From contig JBIKVS010000002.1 of NCBI GenBank assembly GCA_044356725.1, forward strand, positions 1 through 64,000: 64,000 bases of DNA, given 5' to 3'. The position numbers and the translations under genes are program-made. The notes beneath the pieces are model-generated. The model was not told the origin of the DNA. It saw nothing but the letters and a program-made list of their open reading frames with translations, and made no database searches. Below are positions 28,484 through 40,781 of the stretch, one piece after another. Numbering within the stretch: the stretch's first letter is position 1; every line of letters begins with the position of its first letter. The stretch is from Minisyncoccia bacterium. Lineage in GTDB: Bacteria > Patescibacteriota > Minisyncoccia > SW-4-49-11.

Positions 28484-29092
28484 CTATTCGTTATTATTGG
28501 CAAATATTGTTATTGTATTGAATGGGAATAATCTAATAAGTGGCTTTCCTACTATATAAGCTTTATTTACTGGTCCCCAATATCTTGAGTCTGAGCTATT
28601 ACCTCTATTATCTCCTAGTACAAAATATTGATTAGCCTTTAATACTACATCTACAGGCTCTTGGGATAATGTTTTTAAGCCATCTATGATATAGTCTTCA
28701 TCCAAAACTGTAGGGGTCTCTGCATTGTTTTCATATAAAAGGACTCCTCCATCCTTAATTACTATCCTATCTCCTGGGATACCGATAACTCTTTTAATAT
28801 AATATTCTCTTTCACTACCCCCTGGGATAAACTCAGTATGAAATACTATTACTTCAGATCTTTTGGGGTCAGCAAAGTTATAGGTTAGCTGATCTACAAT
28901 CAGATAATCTCCATCTGAGAAAGTTTGTTCCATAGATCGTCCTTTGACCAAAAATGGTTGTGCTATATAACCTTTAATTCCAAAGTATAAAATTGCGAAT
29001 ACAATTAATGTCTTGATTATGTCAAATAATTCACTCTTAAAGACATTTGTTTTTTGTTGATTTGGCTGCTGATACTGTTCTTGCTGCTCCAT
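28484..29092 (-). CDS. lepB: Signal peptidase I
   Basis: GRSME, YIKRVIG, GDNRGNSSDSRYWG. Confidence 0.96.
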   Translation of the reverse strand: MEQQEQYQQPNQQKTNVFKSELFDIIKTLIVFAILYFGIKGYIAQPFLVKGRSMEQTFSDGDYLIVDQLTYNFADPKRSEVIVFHTEFIPGGSEREYYIKRVIGIPGDRIVIKDGGVLLYENNAETPTVLDEDYIIDGLKTLSQEPVDVVLKANQYFVLGDNRGNSSDSRYWGPVNKAYIVGKPLIRLFPFNTITIFANNNE

Positions 29093-29205
29093 GTATAGGC
29101 TTCTTAATTAGCAACATTATACATCATTTTTTGATTTTAGTAAAGACCTAAATATATCTAATTTAAGCTATTTTTTTATATGTTAAAAATTAACATATAA
29201 AAGAC

Positions 29206-29862
29206 TTAAATACTCCTATAATCTGACCTTGTTACTATAATATGGTCTAGTACTGCAATTGATAACAATTCTCCAGCTGCTTTTATAGTTTCTGTTAAAG
29301 ATATGTCTGCTTGACTTGGGGTAGCATCTCCAGAGGGGTGATTATGAACTATAATCATTGCGGCCGCATGGTATTTTATAGCTGGGACAAAAATATCTCT
29401 TGGATGTGCTATACTCTGATCAATAGTTCCGATTGATATTATCTCATCATGTATAATTTGATTTTTTATATTCAAATACAAGCCTCTCAAATACTCTTTT
29501 TTTAAATTATGCATATCGCTTACAAAATCCCAAACATCCTGTGGAGATCGTATCGTAGGAATATCTATACTTTTATCAGCAAACATTCTTCTTCCAATTT
29601 CAAAACAAGCCAAGAGCTGACAGGCTTTTACCTTGGGTAACTCAAAATCAGTCATAACATCAGAGACTCGACTATAGCCTGTAATAGTTTTGGATCCATA
29701 ATCTTTAAAAATTCTTTTAGATAACTCTAAAACATTCTCTTTTTTATACCCAGTTCCTAGAATAATAGCTAATAACTCTTCTAAATTCAAAGCCTGTACT
29801 CCAGAGTTTATCAACTTTTCTCTAGGTTGCTGATCCTCTGGCAAGAATTTTATTTTATACAT
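29206..29862 (-). CDS. radC: RadC-family JAB-domain protein
   Basis: QPREKL, HPRDIF, HNHPSGDATPS..D; start at MYKIKF. Confidence 0.94.
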   Translation of the reverse strand: MYKIKFLPEDQQPREKLINSGVQALNLEELLAIILGTGYKKENVLELSKRIFKDYGSKTITGYSRVSDVMTDFELPKVKACQLLACFEIGRRMFADKSIDIPTIRSPQDVWDFVSDMHNLKKEYLRGLYLNIKNQIIHDEIISIGTIDQSIAHPRDIFVPAIKYHAAAMIIVHNHPSGDATPSQADISLTETIKAAGELLSIAVLDHIIVTRSDYRSI

Positions 29863-29864
29863 AT

Positions 29865-30866
29865 TTAAGCTAATATTTCGGCAGATATTTCTGGGGCTAC
29901 CACACAAATATCTGTATCTGTACCCACTTCATAACCACCTACAAAATTAATTCTAGGAGTTAACCTAATAAACCATCTAAAACCTTTATACAAATTTCCA
30001 TCTACTGGAGCAGTTATAATACTCATATTATAGTCAATATCTCCAATTTTTTCATAATAAGATTTGAGTATAGCTTTGTATATTTTGGCCAGATTATATA
30101 ACTCAGTCTGATTGGAATAAGCAAAATGAGTTTGTGGATATTTAGGATAAATCTCAACTTCATAAGCTACTCTAGAGGCATAAGGAGCTATAGCTATAAA
30201 GTAATCGTTCTCTACAATAACTCTTGTCTTAGCAGTTTGTTCATAATCAATAACTACTTGAGCTAAATCTCTATTATTGGAGCGATGGTATTCTCTTGTA
30301 CCTTCAATGATTCTTTCTATACCATCTGGGACAATTGGAGTTGCTATGATCTGAGAATGGGGATGCTGTATAGTAGCTCCTGCTTTCTGCCCATGATTAT
30401 GCACAATAGCAATATATCTAATCTGTTTATTGCTCATTAAATGCAAACTTCTGGCTTGAAAGGCTTTGAACATTAAAGCTAATTTTTTAATGGAAAAGTC
30501 TCTAATCTGAGTTTTAGATTCACGATAAATTACAACTTCATGAACACCCTCCCCTGCCACAAAGTTATATGGACCTGCTGTATTATAAGTTGGGGAATTA
30601 ATATCTTTTAAAAGTGGATATTGATTTTTGACTACAAATATTTGTGATTCTTGTCTGTCATCTTGTAATTCTAGTAAAATTTCTTCTTTAGATTTACCAG
30701 ATACTATATCTGCAAAAGGATTTATTAAGTTAGATAAATTACTAGCCTGAGCTTCATTGATTATTAATGTATGTGGCCTATGATTACGATTAGTCGAAAC
30801 CAAGACCCATTCTCCTGTGAATATATCTTGACGAAATTCTTGAGTTATTTTTTGTTTTTGCTTCAT
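29865..30866 (-). CDS. galT: GalT-like nucleotidyltransferase
   Basis: GEWVLVS..R..RP, G.HEV, AGATIQHPHSQ. Confidence 0.82.
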   Translation of the reverse strand: MKQKQKITQEFRQDIFTGEWVLVSTNRNHRPHTLIINEAQASNLSNLINPFADIVSGKSKEEILLELQDDRQESQIFVVKNQYPLLKDINSPTYNTAGPYNFVAGEGVHEVVIYRESKTQIRDFSIKKLALMFKAFQARSLHLMSNKQIRYIAIVHNHGQKAGATIQHPHSQIIATPIVPDGIERIIEGTREYHRSNNRDLAQVVIDYEQTAKTRVIVENDYFIAIAPYASRVAYEVEIYPKYPQTHFAYSNQTELYNLAKIYKAILKSYYEKIGDIDYNMSIITAPVDGNLYKGFRWFIRLTPRINFVGGYEVGTDTDICVVAPEISAEILA

Positions 30867-30879
30867 ATGAGTTTATATT

Positions 30880-31599
30880 TTATTTATAATATCCTGTAAA
30901 TAATCTATATTTTATTATTATAGTGTCTATTAATACTTTTATATAATCTTTTAACTTTACATGAGAACTATCATCATTATACCATATAACTGGCATTTCT
31001 TTAATACTATATCCAAAATGGCGAGCTAAAGCTAAGAGTTCAATATCAAATGACCAGCCTTTCATATGGATTTTAGAGAAGATATGACGAGCCTTATCCC
31101 CAGCGAAAACCTTAAATCCACATTGCGTATCTTTAATACCACCCACCAAAAGTATCTGTATCCATAAATTTCCTAAATCGCCTAAAATCTCTTTATATCT
31201 AGCTTGTCTGATTTCAACTTTACTACCTTGCATATCTCGAGAGCCTACTACTATATCTACTCCCTGCTTCATCACTGGCAGTATTTTATCTAATTCATCT
31301 ATATGAGTGGAGTTATCTGCATCCATAAATAAGACATATTCGCCTTTTGACTCCATAATTCCCTGCCGTACTACTGCCCCTTTACCTTGATTGACTTTAT
31401 TATCAATGATTGTAATTGCTTTATATTTTTTAGCCAATTTAGAAACTACTTCTAAGGTATTGTCTTTGGATCCATCTAGTACAATTATAGTTTCATAACT
31501 ATCTTGAACCAAATTATCTAAATATTCTACTACACTTTTGATTGTAGGAGTAATTCGTTTTGCTTCATTATAGGCAGGTATTATTACGCTTATTTCCAT
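30880..31599 (-). CDS. GT2 polyprenyl-phosphate glycosyltransferase
   Basis: IIPAYNE, FMDAD, DTQCGFK, FDIE. Confidence 0.92.
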   Translation of the reverse strand: MEISVIIPAYNEAKRITPTIKSVVEYLDNLVQDSYETIIVLDGSKDNTLEVVSKLAKKYKAITIIDNKVNQGKGAVVRQGIMESKGEYVLFMDADNSTHIDELDKILPVMKQGVDIVVGSRDMQGSKVEIRQARYKEILGDLGNLWIQILLVGGIKDTQCGFKVFAGDKARHIFSKIHMKGWSFDIELLALARHFGYSIKEMPVIWYNDDSSHVKLKDYIKVLIDTIIIKYRLFTGYYK

Positions 31600-31604
31600 A
31601 TCTT

Positions 31605-31982
31605 TTATCTATTTTCTAGCCATTCTTCTAATAAAATTCTTGCTGATTCTATGTCTATACTTTGTCCTTTTGGAATATATCTTTTAGCTAGAGAGCTTGT
31701 TAACCTTTCATCGTATTCTTCTATTTCAATTTGAAACTTGGATTTTAATTCTTGAATAAAGTTTCTAACTTTGAGAGTTTGCTGAGTATCCGTGGATTGA
31801 AAATTAAGAGGCAATCCAACTAGAATATAGTCTATAGAATATTCTGTTATAACTTTTTCTAACTCTTCCCAGATTGTACTATTATTGTGAATAACTTTTA
31901 ATGGAAAAGCAATACTATGCTCTGTAGATGAGTGAGCTAGACCGATTCTAACATCTCCATAATCTATACTGAGAATATTCAT
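31605..31982 (-). CDS. ruvX: YqgF/RuvX nuclease
   Basis: IDYG..RIGLA, VGLP, DERLTS. Confidence 0.93.
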   Translation of the reverse strand: MNILSIDYGDVRIGLAHSSTEHSIAFPLKVIHNNSTIWEELEKVITEYSIDYILVGLPLNFQSTDTQQTLKVRNFIQELKSKFQIEIEEYDERLTSSLAKRYIPKGQSIDIESARILLEEWLENR

Positions 31983-31988
31983 ATCTAA

Positions 31989-32864
31989 TTATTGAGATAA
32001 TTTTTTATATAAATTCTCAATTTCGGACTCCTCGAAAAAGTTTAATGTAACTATATATCTTTTACCCTTCTTTCTTACCTCCACTTTATTATGAATAGTC
32101 TCAGACAACTGAGATACCCATTGCTTCACATCTGAGCTAACTTGATTTTGGGCACTATTAGGGTCTTTTTTTATGACTTTAGCAGTTTGCCGAACATTGA
32201 GAGCATTATTAATAATATTATCTAAAACCTGCTCTTGCATCTCTTGAGTTTCTAATCCAGCAATAATTTTGGCATGTCCTTCAGTAATGTCTCCTACTGC
32301 TAAGGCATTTTGCACCTTTTCTGGTAATTGTAAATATCTAAGAGTATTAGCTACGGCTGACCTACTAATATCTAATTGCTTAGCTATAGCTTCTTGTGTG
32401 ATATTGAATTTGTGCTGTAACTCAGCAAATCCTTTTGCCTTTTCAATTGGATTTAGATTTTGTCTTTGAATATTCTCAATCAAAGCCAATTCTGCTTTGT
32501 CTTGGTCAGTAATTCCTTTTTTAATTACTACCGATACCTTTTTGAGACCTGCTAATTTAGACGCTCTTAATCTTCTCTCTCCGGCTATTAACTGATATTT
32601 ACCCTCACTAACTTCTGTTACTACTAATGGCTGCAATATACCTTTATCTTTAATGGACTGTGCTAAATTTTCTATCTCTTCTTGTAAAAATTCGGTTCTA
32701 GGCTGATATGGATTTGGCTCTATGGAGTTAATATTTACTTCTAGTAATTTATCTTCTGATACAGGAAAGTTTTCAGATTGTAAAACCTGAGCCTTAGATG
32801 GTTGATCTGATGTTTTATTCGGGATTAGAGATGATAAACCTCTACCAAGTGGGCTTTTACTCAT
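31989..32864 (-). CDS. parB: Chromosome partitioning protein ParB
   Basis: LGRGLSSLI, NPYQPR, AGERRLRA, ENIQR, HTH. Confidence 0.96.
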   Translation of the reverse strand: MSKSPLGRGLSSLIPNKTSDQPSKAQVLQSENFPVSEDKLLEVNINSIEPNPYQPRTEFLQEEIENLAQSIKDKGILQPLVVTEVSEGKYQLIAGERRLRASKLAGLKKVSVVIKKGITDQDKAELALIENIQRQNLNPIEKAKGFAELQHKFNITQEAIAKQLDISRSAVANTLRYLQLPEKVQNALAVGDITEGHAKIIAGLETQEMQEQVLDNIINNALNVRQTAKVIKKDPNSAQNQVSSDVKQWVSQLSETIHNKVEVRKKGKRYIVTLNFFEESEIENLYKKLSQ

Positions 32865-32917
32865 AGCATTATTTTATATTAAATAAATTATATCACAAAT
32901 ACAAATATTTGATAATC

Positions 32918-33682
32918 TTAATTTTGATTAGTTAACTTGATGAGCTCCTGGGCTAATTGACGATAAGCAAACGAACCCTTAGATAATGGAGCATAATCAT
33001 GTATAGCTTTTCCAAAACTAGGAGCTTCAGAAAGGCTAACATTACGGGGTATAACGGTATCAAAGACATATCCAGGGAAAAACTTACTAACCTCTTTTGC
33101 GACCATAGCAGATAATCTATTCCTTCTATCATACATAGTCAAGATTGCCCCCAATACAGATAAGTCTGGTTTCAAGTTATCAGATATTAACTGAATAGTC
33201 TCTAAGAGCTGTCCTAACCCTTCCAAAGCATAATACTCACATTGTACTGGGATTATCACTTTATCTGCCGCTACAAGCCCATTAATGGTTAAAAGTCCCA
33301 AGCTAGGAGGAGAATCAATAATAATATAATCGTACAAATGCACGAGACTTTGTAACTGGTCATACAATACAAACTCTCGACGATTCATATTGACTAACTC
33401 TACTCCGATACCAGCTACATCTTGAGTCCCAGCAATTATATCAAGTTTAGGGTACCTAGTAGTATGAATACTGTGACTGAGAGGAGTTGTTTCATCCATC
33501 ATTAATTCATATAAACCTGGCTTATTTCCTATTTCAAATCCAAGCCCACTTGTAGCATTGCTCTGAGGGTCTAAATCTATTAATACTACTTTTTTACCAA
33601 ACTTAGCCAAATAAGAAGCAAGATTAATGCTTGTCGTTGTTTTACCAGTTCCTCCCTTTTGATTCGTAACAGTTATAATCAT
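32918..33682 (-). CDS. parA: ParA/Soj ATPase
   Basis: NQKGGTGKTTT, DLDPQSNAT, PVQCEYYALEGL. Confidence 0.96.
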   Translation of the reverse strand: MIITVTNQKGGTGKTTTSINLASYLAKFGKKVVLIDLDPQSNATSGLGFEIGNKPGLYELMMDETTPLSHSIHTTRYPKLDIIAGTQDVAGIGVELVNMNRREFVLYDQLQSLVHLYDYIIIDSPPSLGLLTINGLVAADKVIIPVQCEYYALEGLGQLLETIQLISDNLKPDLSVLGAILTMYDRRNRLSAMVAKEVSKFFPGYVFDTVIPRNVSLSEAPSFGKAIHDYAPLSKGSFAYRQLAQELIKLTNQN

Positions 33683-34662
33683 ATCTCGTAGTTATCCTCT
33701 ACCCATTTTATCAGATTTCTAGTGTCTTGGAAACGATAACCACCAATTCCGGATTTCAAAACTACAATTCCAACGATTCTATCTTTAATCGAGACTACGG
33801 AGGACAAAGTCTCGCCAGCCTCATCAGTAAGACCAGTTTTTCCCACTATCATCTGAGTGTCTTTCTCTAACATTTCATTAGTATTACCAACTCTAATAGC
33901 TTGCCCTGATTTAGAATTAATCATAGTCTCTTTTTGTTTTAGAACGGCTATTAAATCTGGATAATTGTCATATAAAGCTTGAGTTAACTTCATCACATCA
34001 CTAGCAGTACTATAATTACTAGTTGGTTTTTGGTCCAAACCATGAGAATTAAAGAATTCACTACCTTGCATACCCAAATCTTGAGCTTTTTTATTCATTT
34101 TGGACATAAATTCTTCTGTACCTCCAAAGCTCTCAGCCAATAATTGAGCAGCATCATTACTAGAAACCATCAAAGAAGCCCGTAATATATCCTCAACCGT
34201 AAATTGCTCACCTACTGTGAGAGAATTCCCTCCATAAGTATCAAAGGCAGTCTGAGTCATAGAAATATATCTCTCACTACTCCATTTATATTCATCCATT
34301 ACCACCATAGCACTCAAAAGCTTGGTGATGCTTGCTAACTGATATCTATTAAGGGCATTTTTATTATATAATATATCTCCAGTCTCAAAATCTACCACCA
34401 AAGCTGACTCAGCTGTAATACTTGGTTCTATAATTTCTTTATCAAGTTTACGAAATTTTACAATAGGAGCGGGTTGTAAAGTATTGGTATTAGTATTAGC
34501 TACAACCTGAGTAGAAGGCATATTCAGAATTTTGATATGATGCAAAACTCCTAAATTATTAAGACTTTCTACACTATTTTGAGTCGCACCCAAAACCACA
34601 TTACCAACACCAACAATGGCTATAAGAATTCCCAAATACCAATAAAAATTTTTGAACTTCAT
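33679..34662 (-). CDS. D-alanyl-D-alanine carboxypeptidase (peptidase S11)
   Basis: SITK, SSN and KTG motifs. Confidence 0.92.
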   Translation of the reverse strand: MKFKNFYWYLGILIAIVGVGNVVLGATQNSVESLNNLGVLHHIKILNMPSTQVVANTNTNTLQPAPIVKFRKLDKEIIEPSITAESALVVDFETGDILYNKNALNRYQLASITKLLSAMVVMDEYKWSSERYISMTQTAFDTYGGNSLTVGEQFTVEDILRASLMVSSNDAAQLLAESFGGTEEFMSKMNKKAQDLGMQGSEFFNSHGLDQKPTSNYSTASDVMKLTQALYDNYPDLIAVLKQKETMINSKSGQAIRVGNTNEMLEKDTQMIVGKTGLTDEAGETLSSVVSIKDRIVGIVVLKSGIGGYRFQDTRNLIKWVEDNYEI

Positions 34663-34706
34663 AGATTATTTATATTTTATATATTATATCATAAAAAAAT
34701 ATAAAT

Positions 34707-34915
34707 ATGAATTGTAGTTTGTGAATTGTCAATTATGAATGGTGAATGATGAATTGGTAGTTGTGCTTTTGTCTCCCTCCAACTACCTACGGCAGTTAAA
34801 AAGGGAGACGAAAATTAAGTATAGGCGACTGAAAGGTCGCACCTACTAAATTTAAGTATCGGTGAGAGCACCGACTCTACGGAATTCATAATTCACCACT
34901 CACAATTTATCATTA
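34707..34915. repeat. REP-like mosaic D framed by inverted heptamer arrays
   Basis: Left (tgaattg/aattatg)n, right (cataatt/cacaatt)n; inside ggcgactgaaaggtcgcacctac and tcggtgagagcaccgactctac. Confidence 0.85.
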
Positions 34916-34921
34916 AAATTG

Positions 34922-34994
34922 TGCTCTCACCAAGACTCGAACTTGGATTAGAGGCTTAGGAGTCCCCGGTTCTATCCTGTTGAACTATGAGAGC
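34922..34994 (-). tRNA. tRNA-Arg(CCT)
   Basis: GCTCTCA/TGAGAGC acceptor, A20 in D-loop, loop CT-CCT-AA; A31-G39 mismatch in the anticodon stem. Confidence 0.9.
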
Positions 34995-35056
34995 ATTGGT
35001 CTTATTATACTCAAAAAATTAATTTTTGTATATAAGACACCTTAACAGGTTTGGAT

Positions 35057-37054
<1,998 letters not shown>

Positions 37055-37058
37055 CTAT

Positions 37059-37976
37059 ATGCAATCTATTATTACTATTTTAGGTCCAACTGCGATTGGT
37101 AAATCTAAGTTAGCCGTGGAGTTAGCTAAGGAATTTTCTGGATCTATCATCTCTGCTGATTCTAGACAAATTTATAAAGAATTTGATATTGGTAGTGGTA
37201 AAATTACTCAGAAAGAGATGCAGAATGTTCCCCATTATATGCTTGATATCCAAAAATTATGGGAAGATTATAATGTAGCTGAATTTCAAAAAGATGTGGA
37301 ATCTATTTTACAAGAATTAGAAGTGCAAAAAACTTTACCATTCTTGGTAGGTGGGACTGGCTTATATATTGAGTCTATTATATATGATTATCAGCTACCT
37401 AATATACCTATTCAAAATCAATTACGACAAGAGTTGTCTCAGATGAATAAATTAGAACTTCAAAATAAACTTTTATCCCTAACCCCCCAAATTAACTTAA
37501 ATCAATCCGACTGGAATAATCCTGTTCGATTAATTAGGGCTATTGAAAAAAACATTTTAGGAATTAAGCCTACAGACACAAACCCATCCCCTATCTATAA
37601 ACCTCTATTAATTGGCTTAAAATCTGATTTAAATAATATAAGGGATAGAATTACACTTAGGGTAGAAGAAAGACTATCACAAGGTGCTATTGACGAGGTG
37701 CAGAATATAAAAACAATTCTAAACTCACAACTATCCCCTATTATGGCTCAAAAAAAACTTCAACAATTTGGGCTAGGTACTATAGCTATCTGTGATTATC
37801 TGGATAAAAAAATTGACTATGAAAAAATGAAGAGTAAATATATTCAATCCGAGTACCAATATGCTAGAAGACAAATGACTTGGTTTCGTCGTATGTCAGA
37901 CATTCATTGGTTTGAGGCTGATGATAAAAATTTATTAATTAAAACTAGTCAACTGATTTCTGACTTTCTTGAATAG
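37059..37976 (+). CDS. miaA: tRNA dimethylallyltransferase
   Basis: GPTAIGKS, SADSRQIY, VGGTGLY, YARRQMTWFR. Confidence 0.97.
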   Translation: MQSIITILGPTAIGKSKLAVELAKEFSGSIISADSRQIYKEFDIGSGKITQKEMQNVPHYMLDIQKLWEDYNVAEFQKDVESILQELEVQKTLPFLVGGTGLYIESIIYDYQLPNIPIQNQLRQELSQMNKLELQNKLLSLTPQINLNQSDWNNPVRLIRAIEKNILGIKPTDTNPSPIYKPLLIGLKSDLNNIRDRITLRVEERLSQGAIDEVQNIKTILNSQLSPIMAQKKLQQFGLGTIAICDYLDKKIDYEKMKSKYIQSEYQYARRQMTWFRRMSDIHWFEADDKNLLIKTSQLISDFLE

Positions 37977-38631
37977 CAGTCTTGATGGTAGTGTGTCCAA
38001 GAACTAGAGTATCATAAATAAATACATAAAATCTAAATCCAAGTACAAATACTCCAAAACTAAATAAAATAAGGGATAAAGGTGGGTACAATATATCTGA
38101 GTTGATATAATTTTGCCAGACTGGTAGCTTTGCTAAATATATATGCATAGTAGCTAATATAAAAGCTGTATAACTTACATATCTAATTAATCTTCGCCAT
38201 CTTTTTGGACCTAATGTCTTGATTACTATAATCTCAGAAATAGCATAGCAAATATAAAATAAATATAAGGCTATAATGCCTAAAGCAACTGCCCAATAGT
38301 TTATAATTAGAATATCAGGGTTTGGGAATACATATATCATTGTACCCACAACTCCGTGGATTAAGGCATACATAAATCCAATTATCCCTAATTGTTTACG
38401 ATAAGTTAAAAACTGGTCAAAATAATTCCAAAATTTACCAAAAGGCCCTAGTATTAATGACAGTCCTATTAGCAAATACCCTGTATTAGTAAATCCTTTA
38501 AGCACCATCTCAACTACAGACACCGATTCAGAAACTGTCCCTACATAATAAACAGAGAAAAAAGGTATGGTTGTCAGACTAAAAAGTATAATATTTTTCC
38601 AAGGATTTCTTTTTTTTATAATATTGGCCAT
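37945..38631 (-). CDS. Ferric reductase-like / MsrQ-like membrane protein
   Basis: About six TM helices, YRKQLGI..F.YA..H, LG.KRW. Confidence 0.8.
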   Translation of the reverse strand: MANIIKKRNPWKNIILFSLTTIPFFSVYYVGTVSESVSVVEMVLKGFTNTGYLLIGLSLILGPFGKFWNYFDQFLTYRKQLGIIGFMYALIHGVVGTMIYVFPNPDILIINYWAVALGIIALYLFYICYAISEIIVIKTLGPKRWRRLIRYVSYTAFILATMHIYLAKLPVWQNYINSDILYPPLSLILFSFGVFVLGFRFYVFIYDTLVLGHTTIKTAIQESQKSVD

Positions 38632-38633
38632 AT

Positions 38634-39722
38634 TTATTTTAAAATAATATTTTTAGTATTTTCTATAGTGTCTTTAAAGTTGAATTTTTGACTATAATCT
38701 TTAAGAGCTTTGATATCTTCTTTAGATAAATTAGTAGCTAATATTTTTATAATAGCCTTAGCCCAAGCTCTGACATCCTCAACTTCTACATATTCTATCA
38801 TAGACTTTCCAATTTCTCTAGAACTGGGAATATCTGAGGCAATCACTGGGACACCTTGTTGCAAAGCCTCCAAAATTGGAAACCCAAATCCCTCATAATA
38901 AGATGGGTATAATACAGCTTTTGCCTTTTGATATAATGTCAATTTTTCTAAATTATTAACTCGATTGAGATTGATAATATCTTTTTTATACTCTGATTTA
39001 TCAATGACTTTGACTATATCTTGATATCCATATCCTGGGATACCAGCTAATACTAATTTCAAATCTGGATGACTTAATTTAACTAAATCAAAGGCTTCAA
39101 TAATAGTTATTAGATTTTTTCTTAACTCTTTTCTACCAATAAATAAAAGATACTCTTTACCCTCTAACGCTGTAATTGTTGTCTTTATCTTATCCTTCTG
39201 ATTGATATCTAAACTTGGAATTCCTGATGGTATGACTTTAATTTTATCAGGGTTAATCTCATATTCACTTGACAGGTCATCTTTGGTAGATTGACTAGGA
39301 GTGATTATAGTAGATGCCCATTTAGCTGATAACTTTGTAAAAATAGCCAAATGCCAAAACCTGAATAAAGAATAGGCTTGAGGGAAAGCTTCATACTCTA
39401 AACCGTGGATTACTATAATGCTATTTTTAGGATGAATTGGTGGGATAATACTAGCTGGGGTATAAAATCTATCTGGCTTATCTTTTAGCAAAGCCAATGA
39501 CAATCCCCATAATGTCCATACAAATTTAGTATTAATAATCTGGTTAGTAATGTTCGGTTGTAAATCTAAAATTTCTCTATCTAAAGGTGCTCGTGAATAC
39601 AGAATAATTTCATGCTCCGCTGGGATTGATTGAAGTAAGCCTAAAATTATATTTTGGGCATAATATTCAGTACCTGTTTTATTTTTAACTTCTAATTTGG
39701 AAGCATCAATGGCTATTTTCAT
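38634..39722 (-). CDS. GT4 glycosyltransferase
   Basis: RKNL, YEGFGFPILEA. Confidence 0.93.
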   Translation of the reverse strand: MKIAIDASKLEVKNKTGTEYYAQNIILGLLQSIPAEHEIILYSRAPLDREILDLQPNITNQIINTKFVWTLWGLSLALLKDKPDRFYTPASIIPPIHPKNSIIVIHGLEYEAFPQAYSLFRFWHLAIFTKLSAKWASTIITPSQSTKDDLSSEYEINPDKIKVIPSGIPSLDINQKDKIKTTITALEGKEYLLFIGRKELRKNLITIIEAFDLVKLSHPDLKLVLAGIPGYGYQDIVKVIDKSEYKKDIINLNRVNNLEKLTLYQKAKAVLYPSYYEGFGFPILEALQQGVPVIASDIPSSREIGKSMIEYVEVEDVRAWAKAIIKILATNLSKEDIKALKDYSQKFNFKDTIENTKNIILK

Positions 39723-39742
39723 ATAATATTATTTAATTATTT

Positions 39743-40744
39743 TTATCTTTGATAACCTAATACTCTCTTATACTTATCGAGACTATCGAGCATTATACCA
39801 GTACCTTTAGCGACACAGTATAATGGATCCTCCGCAATACTACAAGGCACACCTGTTGACTTAGAAATAAGCTCAGCTATATTCTTAAGCAATGCTCCCC
39901 CTCCGGTTATAACAATTCCTTTTTCTATGATATCACTAGCTAGTTCAGGTGGAGTTTCTTGCAGCACATTTTTGACTGTTTGAATTATTTCTCTTAGCTC
40001 GGCTTGCATAGCTATAGTTACCTCTTCTGAAGTAATTGTGACATTTTTAGGCAGACCAGTTAAGACATCTCGTCCTCTAATATCCATTGTGTCTGTTTCA
40101 ATTGGAAGAGCTGAGCCAAGTTGTTTTTTGATATCCTCAGCGGTTTGCTCTCCTATAGCTAGGCTATATTTTTTCTTGATATGAGTCACAATGGCTTCTG
40201 TTAATTTATCTCCTGCTACTCTAGCTGAGGCAAAGGCAACAATTCCACCTAGAGAAATAACTCCTACTTCAGTTGTCCCTCCACCAATATCAATCACCAT
40301 ACTTCCTGAAGGAATATCAATAGGAATCCCAGCTCCTAGGGCTGCTAGAATTGGCTCTTTGACTACATAGGCATTCTTTGCCCCTACATTTAGAGCAACT
40401 TCAATCACCGCTCTTTTTTCGGTAGAGGTAATGGAGGCAGGTACAGATATAATACAATCTGGTCTAAAAACTCTAATTCGCCCACTGACTTTATGAATTA
40501 AATACCCAATCAAAGCTTCAGTCATACGATAATCAGCAATTACCCCATCTCTAATTGGTCTGACTGCTTTAATGCCATCTGGTGTTCGGCCAATCATTTC
40601 TTTAGCTTGATTACCAACTGCTAGAATAGAATTAGTATAAAGATCTACTGCTACTACAGATGGCTCATCCACTACAATACCTTTATTAGGCAAAAATACT
40701 AATACATTTGCTGTTCCTAAATCTATACCTATTCTTTTTACCAT
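39743..40744 (-). CDS. mreB: Rod shape-determining protein MreB/Mbl
   Basis: IDLGTAN, DIGGGTTE, TGGGALL. Confidence 0.95.
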   Translation of the reverse strand: MVKRIGIDLGTANVLVFLPNKGIVVDEPSVVAVDLYTNSILAVGNQAKEMIGRTPDGIKAVRPIRDGVIADYRMTEALIGYLIHKVSGRIRVFRPDCIISVPASITSTEKRAVIEVALNVGAKNAYVVKEPILAALGAGIPIDIPSGSMVIDIGGGTTEVGVISLGGIVAFASARVAGDKLTEAIVTHIKKKYSLAIGEQTAEDIKKQLGSALPIETDTMDIRGRDVLTGLPKNVTITSEEVTIAMQAELREIIQTVKNVLQETPPELASDIIEKGIVITGGGALLKNIAELISKSTGVPCSIAEDPLYCVAKGTGIMLDSLDKYKRVLGYQR

Positions 40745-40781
40745 ATCAATTCTTAACTATCTTTATACTATTATATCATCT

